From a virus: a stretch of 64,000 nt of DNA. Of the stretch, positions 56,599 to 63,938 are shown piece after piece (the stretch's first letter is position 1; every line of letters begins with the position of its first letter). The notes under the pieces were generated by a model. That model did not search any database, was not told where the DNA came from, and saw nothing but the letters and a program-made list of their open reading frames with translations. Made by a program: the position numbers and the translations under genes. The stretch covers positions 7,014 to 71,013 of IMG/VR virus record IMGVR_UViG_3300009124_000009; one strand, written 5' to 3'.

Positions 56599-56787
56599 TC
56601 AATACTCGTAGTTTTCGTAGTTATAGTCTGAGTTGTTGTCCCAGTTTTTGTTCTTACGTTTCTTATTCTTCTGGGCATCAATAGTTTCCCAGTTGTTACG
56701 AGTGCTGCCACGTTGACGCTTTTCTCGCAGTGATTTACTACCGTAGGAATAGTAATCATCTGGATTGCGGCGATAAGTACGACCCAT
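56599..56787 (-). CDS. Small basic protein (62 aa, MGRTYRRN...)
   Basis: 3' part of ORF 56599..56835, downstream of a sigma70-type promoter. Confidence 0.65.
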   Translation of the reverse strand: MGRTYRRNPDDYYSYGSKSLREKRQRGSTRNNWETIDAQKNKKRKNKNWDNNSDYNYENYEY

Positions 56788-56823
56788 CTGTTTGTGTTGT
56801 GTGTTGAATAGACGACAATGTAT

Positions 56824-56852
56824 ATAGTACCCCAATCATGCAGATTTGTCAA
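56824..56852 (-). promoter_or_regulatory. sigma70-type promoter TTGACA-17-TACTAT
   Basis: tgtcaa at 56847-56852, atagta at 56824-56829. Confidence 0.75.
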
Positions 56853-56872
56853 TGATTAGGGTACGGTTACCA

Positions 56873-57103
56873 TCAGTAATCGCAGAGAGGTTGTTCAGTA
56901 AGATACTGACTCGCTTTCACCTCAGTTTTGTCCTCAGTTTCGATCTCAGTATCATTCTGCACGATAAGTTCGTCGAAAACATACCCAGATCCACGCAAGA
57001 AGTCAGCGATGTTTGCTACTGCATCGTCAAGAAATACAGTCTCAAACTTTTTAGTAGTCTTTGCTCCGTCTTCATCAACAGAGGTGAGTTTGAAGGTAGG
57101 CAT
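56873..57103 (-). CDS. Hypothetical protein (76 aa)
   Basis: ORF track; FE...LDDAV..IADFLRGSGY motif common in T4-like phages. Confidence 0.75.
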   Translation of the reverse strand: MPTFKLTSVDEDGAKTTKKFETVFLDDAVANIADFLRGSGYVFDELIVQNDTEIETEDKTEVKASQYLTEQPLCDY

Positions 57104-57126
57104 AAAAGAAATCCGTGGACCTAGGT

Positions 57127-57173
57127 ATCATACCACCTCAGATCCACGGAGTCAATGTTAGTGTGTGCCAGTT
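57127..57173 (-). promoter_or_regulatory. sigma70-type promoter TTGACT-17-TATGAT with a half-site of the early palindrome (copy 9)
   Basis: agtcaa at 57150-57155, atcata at 57127-57132, gtgtgccagtt at 57163-57173; an inverted repeat TCCGTGGA..TCCACGGA brackets the -10. Confidence 0.7.
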
Positions 57174-57174
57174 A

Positions 57175-57654
57175 CTATTCTGGTTTGGGTAACTGGTCCT
57201 TCACACGCTGGTTCAGGTAGTAAAAACGACCAGTCTTAGCATCCTCACCGAACTTTCCTGCTTTGATGTCATCGAACAGAGCACCAAGTTGTGCATCTAA
57301 ACCAGGATATGCTCTGATTCTTTCACGTTGATATTGATCATTAGTCCAACGTGTTCTCAGGATTTCAAGTCTCTCAACTGCCTCATCATAGGAGAATGGT
57401 GGAAGACCTTTCATCAGATTCCATGGGTCTCCAGTAGCAGGATCAATGCCACGATTGAGACCCTGAATCTCATCAGGGATACCATCTCCATTCATGTCGG
57501 TATCAAACCACTTGAATGCTTCTGCCCAGTTGTCTCTAGTAATGTCATACCAGGACAGCATATTAGTGAACTCATACCGCTCACTATCTCTACACAGAGA
57601 TGCAACAGCATCTACAATGTCAGGTTCTTGTAGTTCTAGAGGATTGTAAAACAT
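57175..57654 (-). CDS. Putative tail-fibre assembly/chaperone-like protein (159 aa)
   Basis: C-terminal YQRERIRAYP..QLGALFDDI...VKDQLPKP resembles small proteins following fibre genes in marine phages; contains a DxNxDG motif (DMNGDGIPDE). Confidence 0.55.
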   Translation of the reverse strand: MFYNPLELQEPDIVDAVASLCRDSERYEFTNMLSWYDITRDNWAEAFKWFDTDMNGDGIPDEIQGLNRGIDPATGDPWNLMKGLPPFSYDEAVERLEILRTRWTNDQYQRERIRAYPGLDAQLGALFDDIKAGKFGEDAKTGRFYYLNQRVKDQLPKPE

Positions 57655-57655
57655 A

Positions 57656-58372
57656 TCAATATCTCGTTAGGTTATATGTCGTGAAGTTAGTGGTGTTGAC
57701 CTCCCACACTTCGATACATGAGTTGTTCCAACCATTGCGACGATAGTCATCACCAATACCACAGTTCACACGATAGTTCACATCGTTGTGTCTATCCATA
57801 TAGATTCTATACTTATGGTTCTGTGTATTATTTACAACAGGAACATATGCAAAGAATGAACCAACCTCATACCAGTCACCAAGACCGTTCACATAGTTTG
57901 AGTGAGATCCCATGTCTAGGATTCTAGACCAACCAGCATTATTGACGTTTCTGAATAGACCGAAACCAAATCCGTCAGGGTTAGATGGACCACCAGAGTC
58001 ATCAACAACACTGGACCAATAGATTCTGTGCCAGTTGTTACCATTCTCAGGAATACCACAGTCGATCTCAGTACCATTGATGAACATCATGTTCGATGTA
58101 CTAGTACCACGACGACTAGAGCAGGTTTGATTCACTGTAGTGCCACCATTTGCCCACACTCTTACAATGTTCTGCTGGGCAGTTTGTGGAACCCAAGCAC
58201 TACCATTCCAAGTGAGTTGTTGATTGACTCCAGGAGAACCTGCACTAAGATCTGTTAGATCATTCAGTGCCACATTTTTGGTAGTGATAGCAGTGCCATC
58301 AGTAAACTGAACACCAGTTGCACCTGTTGTAATAGTAGAGGCGTTGACTGTTCCTACATTTAGTTGGGACAT
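57656..58372 (-). CDS. Short fibre-like / receptor-binding virion protein (238 aa)
   Basis: MSQLNVGTVN..GVQFTDGT..LNDLTDL..QQLTWNGSAWVP shaft motifs (also seen in the gp9-like protein) followed by a beta-rich head; own late promoter. Confidence 0.65.
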   Translation of the reverse strand: MSQLNVGTVNASTITTGATGVQFTDGTAITTKNVALNDLTDLSAGSPGVNQQLTWNGSAWVPQTAQQNIVRVWANGGTTVNQTCSSRRGTSTSNMMFINGTEIDCGIPENGNNWHRIYWSSVVDDSGGPSNPDGFGFGLFRNVNNAGWSRILDMGSHSNYVNGLGDWYEVGSFFAYVPVVNNTQNHKYRIYMDRHNDVNYRVNCGIGDDYRRNGWNNSCIEVWEVNTTNFTTYNLTRY

Positions 58373-58391
58373 TTTCTACACGGTTTTCTTT

Positions 58392-58398
58392 TATTTAT
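58392..58398 (-). promoter_or_regulatory. Late promoter (ATAAATA)
   Basis: tatttat overlapping the upstream stop, 20 nt before ATG 58372. Confidence 0.7.
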
Positions 58399-60191
58399 GA
58401 TTCTGGGATAGGTGTAGCATAATCTGCTCGCAAATGCACAGGAATCTCTGGTGCTGGTGGTGCAAACTCATTCTTACCAATCACCATGACCATCACACCA
58501 TTCCACCAACCAAGTTCATCCTCAATGTCTTGAGAACGTAGAACTTTCTTGAATAGTACAGCAAACTTACGATCTTTACAGAGTCTATCTACTGCTTCAA
58601 CAACACCATCAAAGTTACAATCATCCACCACAAGTGTGAACGGATCAGTTGCAAACTGATAGAACTGCGACAGATTCTGATATGTTGACCTAGCATCATG
58701 ATCTGCATCGTAGAAGATCACCTCAGGTGGATACTGTTCATTTAGTTGAGACAATGAAAAGATGTCTCTGTTCATAAACAGAACAGCATTGTCACCCATA
58801 TACTTCTCAGCATTCTTTTTGAACTCAGAGATAGGATCATCAATAGGTTCCCAGGGAATATCATCACGAGCAGGTGCAATGTTCTCCTGACTGTAGTTAT
58901 CAATGGCATATGCTTTCACGTCATTGCCCATTATTGCTGCCCATAGTGTGCTACCTACGAAACAACCTAGGTCAGCATATACTACAGGATTACCATCAGT
59001 GGACTTGCACAGATTGTTGAGCAGGTGTCTAACTTTATTGGAAGATAGACCCTTCACATCATATCCTTCCTCGTTGAAATTAGATTGATGCAGTAGTGCA
59101 TCTTCGATTGCTTTCTGTGCTCTCAATACTTGTGGATGTAACACTTTATTCTGTCTCCTATAATGTGCATCAACAACAGACTCACAATAGTTGCAGTCCC
59201 AACATTCAAACTTACACGTCTTGATCTTCTCTCTCCAGATGTCAATAGGTTTCTCTTCCAGTTGAACATCTTCAATATACTTATCAAACTCAGGGAATAG
59301 TAGTGGTTCACCTTTACTCCAGCGTTCAACAATATCCATCGATTCTTTCAATCGCATCATGCTCTCGCGTCCATGCATCTTGAAACAATCAATACCATAG
59401 TAGTTGATAAACTCGTCCCAATCATCACGCCAGGGCGGCAGGTTTGCTGCTTTTAGTGAGGTAGAACTATCAAGTGAGTCCCACTTCTCACAAGATTGAA
59501 TACTAATCTCATCAGCAAAGTATTGCACATCATTCTCTGGTCCTTTGGTGCAGTTGTAATGGTAGTGCTCATCCATCATGGGACAACCACCCCAACAACC
59601 CTCATTTGTCAGCAGAGATAACTCTACTGGCATACCTTCACGAGCACAGTATTCTTTTGCTTGCCTGATTCTATACAGAGTATCAGCATCACGCATCAAA
59701 TCTCTGTCTAGGTTGATGTAGTGGAATCCTGCCTTTGCTAACTCTACGATCTCCTGTGGTTTAGTTACGTTACGCAGAATGGTATTCTTGATGAATAGAT
59801 CAGGGAAGATCTTTTGGATCATACCAGATGCAACCCAGTGAGTATGTGGTAGCGTTACAATACGAACACCAGCATCATAAACTGGTTGGAAATATCTACA
59901 CCATGTTCTCAGATTATCCATCGTTGGTGGAACATGAATGTTATTGAATGTAGCAGACAGTGGTAGATCACTAAGTTCTGCAATCTTCAATGCATTGATA
60001 GTTGTCGCCTGATACATCTCAGGTTCAGTGTACACATCACCCATCGCATCCTGTGTGAACGGTGGGATCCTACATGTGAAATATAAATCTCTGATGTATT
60101 GATGATTTAGATTCAAGAATGGGACAAATGTCTCCATCATAAACTTCTCATCCATCTTGGGATTGATGGGGAGACTGAACACTTTATTCAT
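58395..60191 (-). CDS. Peptidase-U32-family (Fe-S) domain fused to a class I SAM-dependent methyltransferase (598 aa)
   Basis: N-part: INLDRDLMRD, NEGCWGGCP..EH, FKMHGRE, CKFECWDCNYC. C-part: YADLGCFVGST, AYAIDNY, IFYDADH, LVVDD (Methyltransf_24-like). Confidence 0.7.
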   Translation of the reverse strand: MNKVFSLPINPKMDEKFMMETFVPFLNLNHQYIRDLYFTCRIPPFTQDAMGDVYTEPEMYQATTINALKIAELSDLPLSATFNNIHVPPTMDNLRTWCRYFQPVYDAGVRIVTLPHTHWVASGMIQKIFPDLFIKNTILRNVTKPQEIVELAKAGFHYINLDRDLMRDADTLYRIRQAKEYCAREGMPVELSLLTNEGCWGGCPMMDEHYHYNCTKGPENDVQYFADEISIQSCEKWDSLDSSTSLKAANLPPWRDDWDEFINYYGIDCFKMHGRESMMRLKESMDIVERWSKGEPLLFPEFDKYIEDVQLEEKPIDIWREKIKTCKFECWDCNYCESVVDAHYRRQNKVLHPQVLRAQKAIEDALLHQSNFNEEGYDVKGLSSNKVRHLLNNLCKSTDGNPVVYADLGCFVGSTLWAAIMGNDVKAYAIDNYSQENIAPARDDIPWEPIDDPISEFKKNAEKYMGDNAVLFMNRDIFSLSQLNEQYPPEVIFYDADHDARSTYQNLSQFYQFATDPFTLVVDDCNFDGVVEAVDRLCKDRKFAVLFKKVLRSQDIEDELGWWNGVMVMVIGKNEFAPPAPEIPVHLRADYATPIPES

Positions 60192-60366
60192 GATTATTTG
60201 ATTCTTCTATGTTATCTAGGGTCTTTTTGCAATACTCCATCAGTAGATTGATAAAGTCTTGTTCTGTCCAGTCATTGAATATACTTTCGTAAGGATCATT
60301 CTCATCCCATGAGATTTCAAATGTCCCATCTTCAATTTCTTTCACATCAATCATCTGCACATACAC
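60184..60366 (-). CDS. Small acidic hypothetical protein (60 aa)
   Basis: ORF track; DGTFEISWDENDP..FNDWTEQDFI motif. Confidence 0.7.
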   Translation of the reverse strand: MYVQMIDVKEIEDGTFEISWDENDPYESIFNDWTEQDFINLLMEYCKKTLDNIEESNNHE

Positions 60367-60538
60367 CCTCTCTATTGAACTTCTTGCGACACTTCTTCAC
60401 CTCTTTGAGTTCATCTTTGATCATTTGATATGCATCCTCAGCAGAGATCTTTCGTGCCATTTCCATAGCAGTGATGACCTCCACTCGTGTGCCAAAGTGT
60501 TTGAGTGCTTCTTCAAAACAGTTTAGTTCTTCGTACAT
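60347..60538 (-). CDS. Small conserved cyanobacterial/cyanophage-type protein (63 aa, MYEELNCFEEAL...)
   Basis: 3' part of ORF 60347..60559; F..RV..I.AME...KIS.EDAYQ.IK pattern. Confidence 0.7.
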   Translation of the reverse strand: MYEELNCFEEALKHFGTRVEVITAMEMARKISAEDAYQMIKDELKEVKKCRKKFNREGVCADD

Positions 60539-60540
60539 AG

Positions 60541-61893
60541 TTATGCTGGATAATCCCAATTAGTTATTTGTCTTGTTTTGTAGTCTGGTCCCCATCCGCC
60601 AGTATAGATGAAAGGAGCAGTACGAATGGGGCAACTGTCGCCAGTACAGAGAAGATCATCAACGATCCTCCAGGATTCCATAACTTCATCTGCATGAACA
60701 AAGTGAGATTGGTCACCATGAATAGCATCATACAATAGTTTTTCGTAACCGTCAATAGATCTATCCTCAGGATATGCATGAGTCAGTGTTGCTGTCTCCA
60801 CATCATCATTGAATCCTGGTGCTTTCATATCAATACGAATATCCAGGTGAGGATGTGGTTGTAGACGCATAACAATACGATCATTGTATTCATGACCAGT
60901 GAATAATTGTTGTGGCGGTGATTTCAATTTGATCACAACTTCTACGCATTGATATGGCATTTTCTTGCCAGTCATGACGTGAAAAGGAACTCCCTCCCAA
61001 CGCCAGTTATCGACGAATAAAGTGCCAGCAAAATAGGTAGGAGTACCACTATTAGGATCAACGCCCTCTTCATTACGGTAACCATGGTATTGTCCAAGAA
61101 TAATGTTCTCAGACATTCTAGTGGCGGCAAGCACCTTTGTCTTCTCACGTCTGATTTCCCTGGCATTCATTTTACTTGGTGGTTCCATTGCTACAAGTGC
61201 TAGCACTTGAAGAATGTGGTTCTGTAACATGTCACGAACTTGTCCTGCTGTCTCGTAGTATTGAGCACGACCTTCACAACCAATAGTTTCGGTTGCAAAG
61301 ATTTGCACCTCTTCTACATACTGGCGGTTCCAAAGTGGTTCCAGAAGAATGTTGCTGAAACGAGTAGCAAGTATATTATTGACAGTATCTTTACCGAGAT
61401 AATGGTCAATGCGATATACTTGTTTCTCGCGTAGACATCTAGCAACCACAGTTGATAGACGATCAGCAGATTTATAATCGTGCCCAAAGGGTTTCTCAAT
61501 AACAACACGGGAGAGTTCTGGGTTTTCGAGGAGTCCTGCTTCTTTGAGATTGATGATAGCATTCTCATAGCGTTCTGGGGGTACGGATAAGAAGTAAGTT
61601 GAATCATCTGCATCTGGTAGATTTTTCAATGACTCTGGACTATCCAGATCAGTGCTGATCCAATCCAAGCGATGTAAAAAATCTTCAGGATATTCTCCCA
61701 AAGATTCCACCCATGTTTGTTTTGCGATCTCACGACGAGATGTCCCTACAATCACAAGATTACTTGGAAGTAAATCTTTCTGGTGTAGTTTATACAGAGC
61801 AGGGATTAGTTTTTTCTTTGCCAGATCTCCAGTAGCACCGAAGATTACTATCTGATAAGTAAGTATTTCAGTGAGCGGTGCCGTTTCCGTCAT
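60541..61893 (-). CDS. zwf: Glucose-6-phosphate 1-dehydrogenase
   Basis: GATGDLAKKKL, RVVIEKPFG, YRIDHYLGK, RDMLQNH; start most likely ATG 61893 (the ORF track extends to 61986). Confidence 0.95.
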   Translation of the reverse strand: MTETAPLTEILTYQIVIFGATGDLAKKKLIPALYKLHQKDLLPSNLVIVGTSRREIAKQTWVESLGEYPEDFLHRLDWISTDLDSPESLKNLPDADDSTYFLSVPPERYENAIINLKEAGLLENPELSRVVIEKPFGHDYKSADRLSTVVARCLREKQVYRIDHYLGKDTVNNILATRFSNILLEPLWNRQYVEEVQIFATETIGCEGRAQYYETAGQVRDMLQNHILQVLALVAMEPPSKMNAREIRREKTKVLAATRMSENIILGQYHGYRNEEGVDPNSGTPTYFAGTLFVDNWRWEGVPFHVMTGKKMPYQCVEVVIKLKSPPQQLFTGHEYNDRIVMRLQPHPHLDIRIDMKAPGFNDDVETATLTHAYPEDRSIDGYEKLLYDAIHGDQSHFVHADEVMESWRIVDDLLCTGDSCPIRTAPFIYTGGWGPDYKTRQITNWDYPA

Positions 61894-61999
61894 AGTCGTC
61901 CGAGTCGTAGTAGTCATTTTCACCTTTTCGTATCCCGAAATATATTGTGGATAGTACAAATGGTATTGCTGTCCAAAGTAAGACATCAGCGAATTTCAT
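61868..61999 (-). CDS. Small membrane protein (43 aa)
   Basis: Manual translation MKFADVLLWTAIPFVLSTIYFGIRKGENDYYDSDDYDGNGTAH*. Confidence 0.65.
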   Translation of the reverse strand: MKFADVLLWTAIPFVLSTIYFGIRKGENDYYDSDDYDGNGTAH

Positions 62000-62147
62000 T
62001 ATTCTCATCCAATCCGAGTTCGTTTAGATAATCAATCCACCACTGGGGATTATTCTTAGTTTTCCAATCGGGGACATCTAATCCCCTCTCAGAGTACCAC
62101 TCAAAAAAAGCATTATCTATAATCTGTGCGGTCTGAATAGTCTTCAT
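61986..62147 (-). CDS. Small hypothetical protein (53 aa, MKTIQTAQIIDNAFF...)
   Basis: 3' part of ORF 61986..62225; Trp-rich. Confidence 0.6.
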   Translation of the reverse strand: MKTIQTAQIIDNAFFEWYSERGLDVPDWKTKNNPQWWIDYLNELGLDENNEIR

Positions 62148-62325
62148 CCTCATTATCAACGTCTTCATATGCATTTGCCACATAGGGTCCGTGGGGTCGT
62201 TTTGCATCCCATTTGCCATATTCAACCTCAGCGTTTACTGCTGCAACCCATACAGAGAGTTTCATTATTATGTAGATAACTACTAAAGGTAGGAAACAAC
62301 CGACCAGGATGAGTGTCTGTGTCAT
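62113..62325 (-). CDS. Small membrane protein with acidic tail (70 aa)
   Basis: ORF track; N-terminal TM; ATGA overlap with the gnd stop. Confidence 0.7.
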   Translation of the reverse strand: MTQTLILVGCFLPLVVIYIIMKLSVWVAAVNAEVEYGKWDAKRPHGPYVANAYEDVDNEDEDYSDRTDYR

Positions 62326-63347
62326 CTTACATCGTGTCCTCCAAACATAAATCTCATACCATTCAGAATCTTGGACGCGAAAGCACCAAGACGGCGCGAC
62401 TCAAAGCGCGAATACAGAGCACTGCTGATGACAGGAGCGGGTACGCCAAGATCCACAGCAGCGTGAACCGTCCAACGACCCTCACCACTGTCTGATACTC
62501 CCCCATCGAAGTTGCTAAGTTCTCTATCGTTGCGTAGAACATCAGCGGTAAGATCGAGCAACCAACTACCAACCACGCTACCACGACGCCATAACTCAGC
62601 AACCTTAGCAACGTCAATATCATAGCAATAACTCTCAGGATTTGACATTGGTGCTACCTCAGCATCACCCTCTTTCACATACTTAGAACCAGCATTTGCT
62701 TCATGTAGGATATTGAATCCCTCAGCATATGCTTGCATAATACCATACTCAATACCATTGTGAACCATCTTCACAAAATGCCCTGCACCTGGTCCGCCAC
62801 AATGCATCCAACCGTACTCCTCAGGATACCAAGTGAAGTTGCTGTCAGGTTGAGTCCTGGGGGCAGCATTGTATCCTGGTGCGAGGGCATCAAAAATTGG
62901 GCGACAAACGGAGACCGCAGTATCTCCGCCGCCAACCATAAGACAGTATCCACGCTCCAAACCATAAACACCACCACTAGTACCACAGTCAATATATTGG
63001 ATGCCAAGTTTAGACAACCTCGCTGCCCTCTTGCGAGAGTCTTCAAAATTGGAATTGCCATGATCAATAATAATGTCGCCTTCACTACAATATCGTAGTA
63101 GGTCATTGATAGTATCCTCTACTAATTCTGCTGGAACAACCATCATGTAGACACCAGGACGATTAGCACTAACTACTTGAACAAGATTTTCAATAGAAGT
63201 GGTACATCCACTGATATAACCCTTTTCAAATTGTTCTTCTGCTTTCTGATAATTTCTGCGATACCCATGTACTTCATGTCCTGCTGCGATTAGACGGCGA
63301 GACATACCCTCGCCCATTCTTCCTAAACCGATAATTCCTACTTTCAT
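62322..63347 (-). CDS. gnd: 6-phosphogluconate dehydrogenase (decarboxylating, short form)
   Basis: GIIGLGRMG, IIDHGNS, DCGTSGG, GAGHFVKMVHNGIEYG, DSGEGRWT, MRFMFGGH. Confidence 0.95.
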   Translation of the reverse strand: MKVGIIGLGRMGEGMSRRLIAAGHEVHGYRRNYQKAEEQFEKGYISGCTTSIENLVQVVSANRPGVYMMVVPAELVEDTINDLLRYCSEGDIIIDHGNSNFEDSRKRAARLSKLGIQYIDCGTSGGVYGLERGYCLMVGGGDTAVSVCRPIFDALAPGYNAAPRTQPDSNFTWYPEEYGWMHCGGPGAGHFVKMVHNGIEYGIMQAYAEGFNILHEANAGSKYVKEGDAEVAPMSNPESYCYDIDVAKVAELWRRGSVVGSWLLDLTADVLRNDRELSNFDGGVSDSGEGRWTVHAAVDLGVPAPVISSALYSRFESRRLGAFASKILNGMRFMFGGHDVR

Positions 63348-63478
63348 GGGTTGTGGTTCTTATTTGATTTGATTTGATTATATCCCCAGACTGCTAGGGT
63401 GCCGATACCTAGACCAGCAATACAGCAAAAAAACATATGAATAAGGTGTTCAAAGGTTGAGTGGTCAGCGTGATTCAT
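63344..63478 (-). CDS. Small membrane protein (44 aa, MNHADHSTFEH...)
   Basis: 3' part of ORF 63344..63562; ATGA overlaps on both sides. Confidence 0.65.
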   Translation of the reverse strand: MNHADHSTFEHLIHMFFCCIAGLGIGTLAVWGYNQIKSNKNHNP

Positions 63479-63597
63479 CCGAAATACATTACAGAGAGTG
63501 TGAAGATAACAAAGATGATGATAGTAAACATCATCAATCCTACACCTGCCCAGACGACCCAAGCAGGCATAGGTTCATAGTTGTGATTATGAGACAT
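63475..63597 (-). CDS. Small membrane protein (40 aa)
   Basis: Manual translation MSHNHNYEPMPAWVVWAGVGLMMFTIIIFVIFTLSVMYFG*. Confidence 0.6.
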   Translation of the reverse strand: MSHNHNYEPMPAWVVWAGVGLMMFTIIIFVIFTLSVMYFG

Positions 63598-63910
63598 GTA
63601 CTGTTCCAATCATGCCCGCACCTTTATGGGGAGCACACCAGTAAGTATAATCTCCTGGTTCGGAAAAAGCAATATCAAAACTTTCACCTGGTGCAAATGC
63701 AAGTCCTTCGTGGGAAAGTTCTGGATGGTCTTCTACCACAACATTATGTGGTGGAAGCATGTTATTAACAAAGTGAACTGATTCGCCAGCAGCAATAGAA
63801 ACCTCTGCTGGTTCGAATACTAGGTTGCCATTGGCACCCATCTGGACATCTACAGCCCATGCAGGAAGTGCAAAGAAAAGAGTAGTGAAAAGTGCGAGAA
63901 GAAACTTCAT
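63587..63910 (-). CDS. petE: Plastocyanin precursor
   Basis: Signal peptide ending PAWA, LVFEP, PHNVV, YWCAPHKGAGM type-1 copper ligands. Confidence 0.95.
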   Translation of the reverse strand: MKFLLALFTTLFFALPAWAVDVQMGANGNLVFEPAEVSIAAGESVHFVNNMLPPHNVVVEDHPELSHEGLAFAPGESFDIAFSEPGDYTYWCAPHKGAGMIGTVHVS

Positions 63911-63930
63911 TAAGTTCTAGCAACTACCAC

Positions 63931-63938
63931 TATCTATA
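63931..63938 (-). promoter_or_regulatory. Possible late promoter variant (TATAGATA) upstream of petE
   Basis: One mismatch to TATAAATA, 21 nt upstream of the ATG. Confidence 0.4.

Noticed and set aside
47790-57173. Recurrent ~25-bp palindromic repeat as a CRISPR array, integron attC or IS ends
   Set aside because: Copies are 0.7-2.2 kb apart, degenerate, always tied to a -10 box, and there is no cas, integrase or transposase gene in the window.
58395-59130. Methyltransferase domain as the cognate protective methylase for the nuclease
   Set aside because: It lacks the (D/N)PP(Y/F) amino-methyltransferase and PC cytosine-methyltransferase motifs, and resembles small-molecule/O-methyltransferases.
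61894-61986. N-terminal extension of Zwf given by the ORF track
   Set aside because: It overlaps a plausible 43-aa gene in another frame; the G6PDH fold begins after the ATG at 61893.
1-63764. TTAA loss explained by UV-dimer avoidance or stop-codon/codon bias
   Set aside because: TT, TTT runs, TTA, TAA, AATT and TATA are all abundant; only the exact palindrome is missing, including in intergenic DNA.
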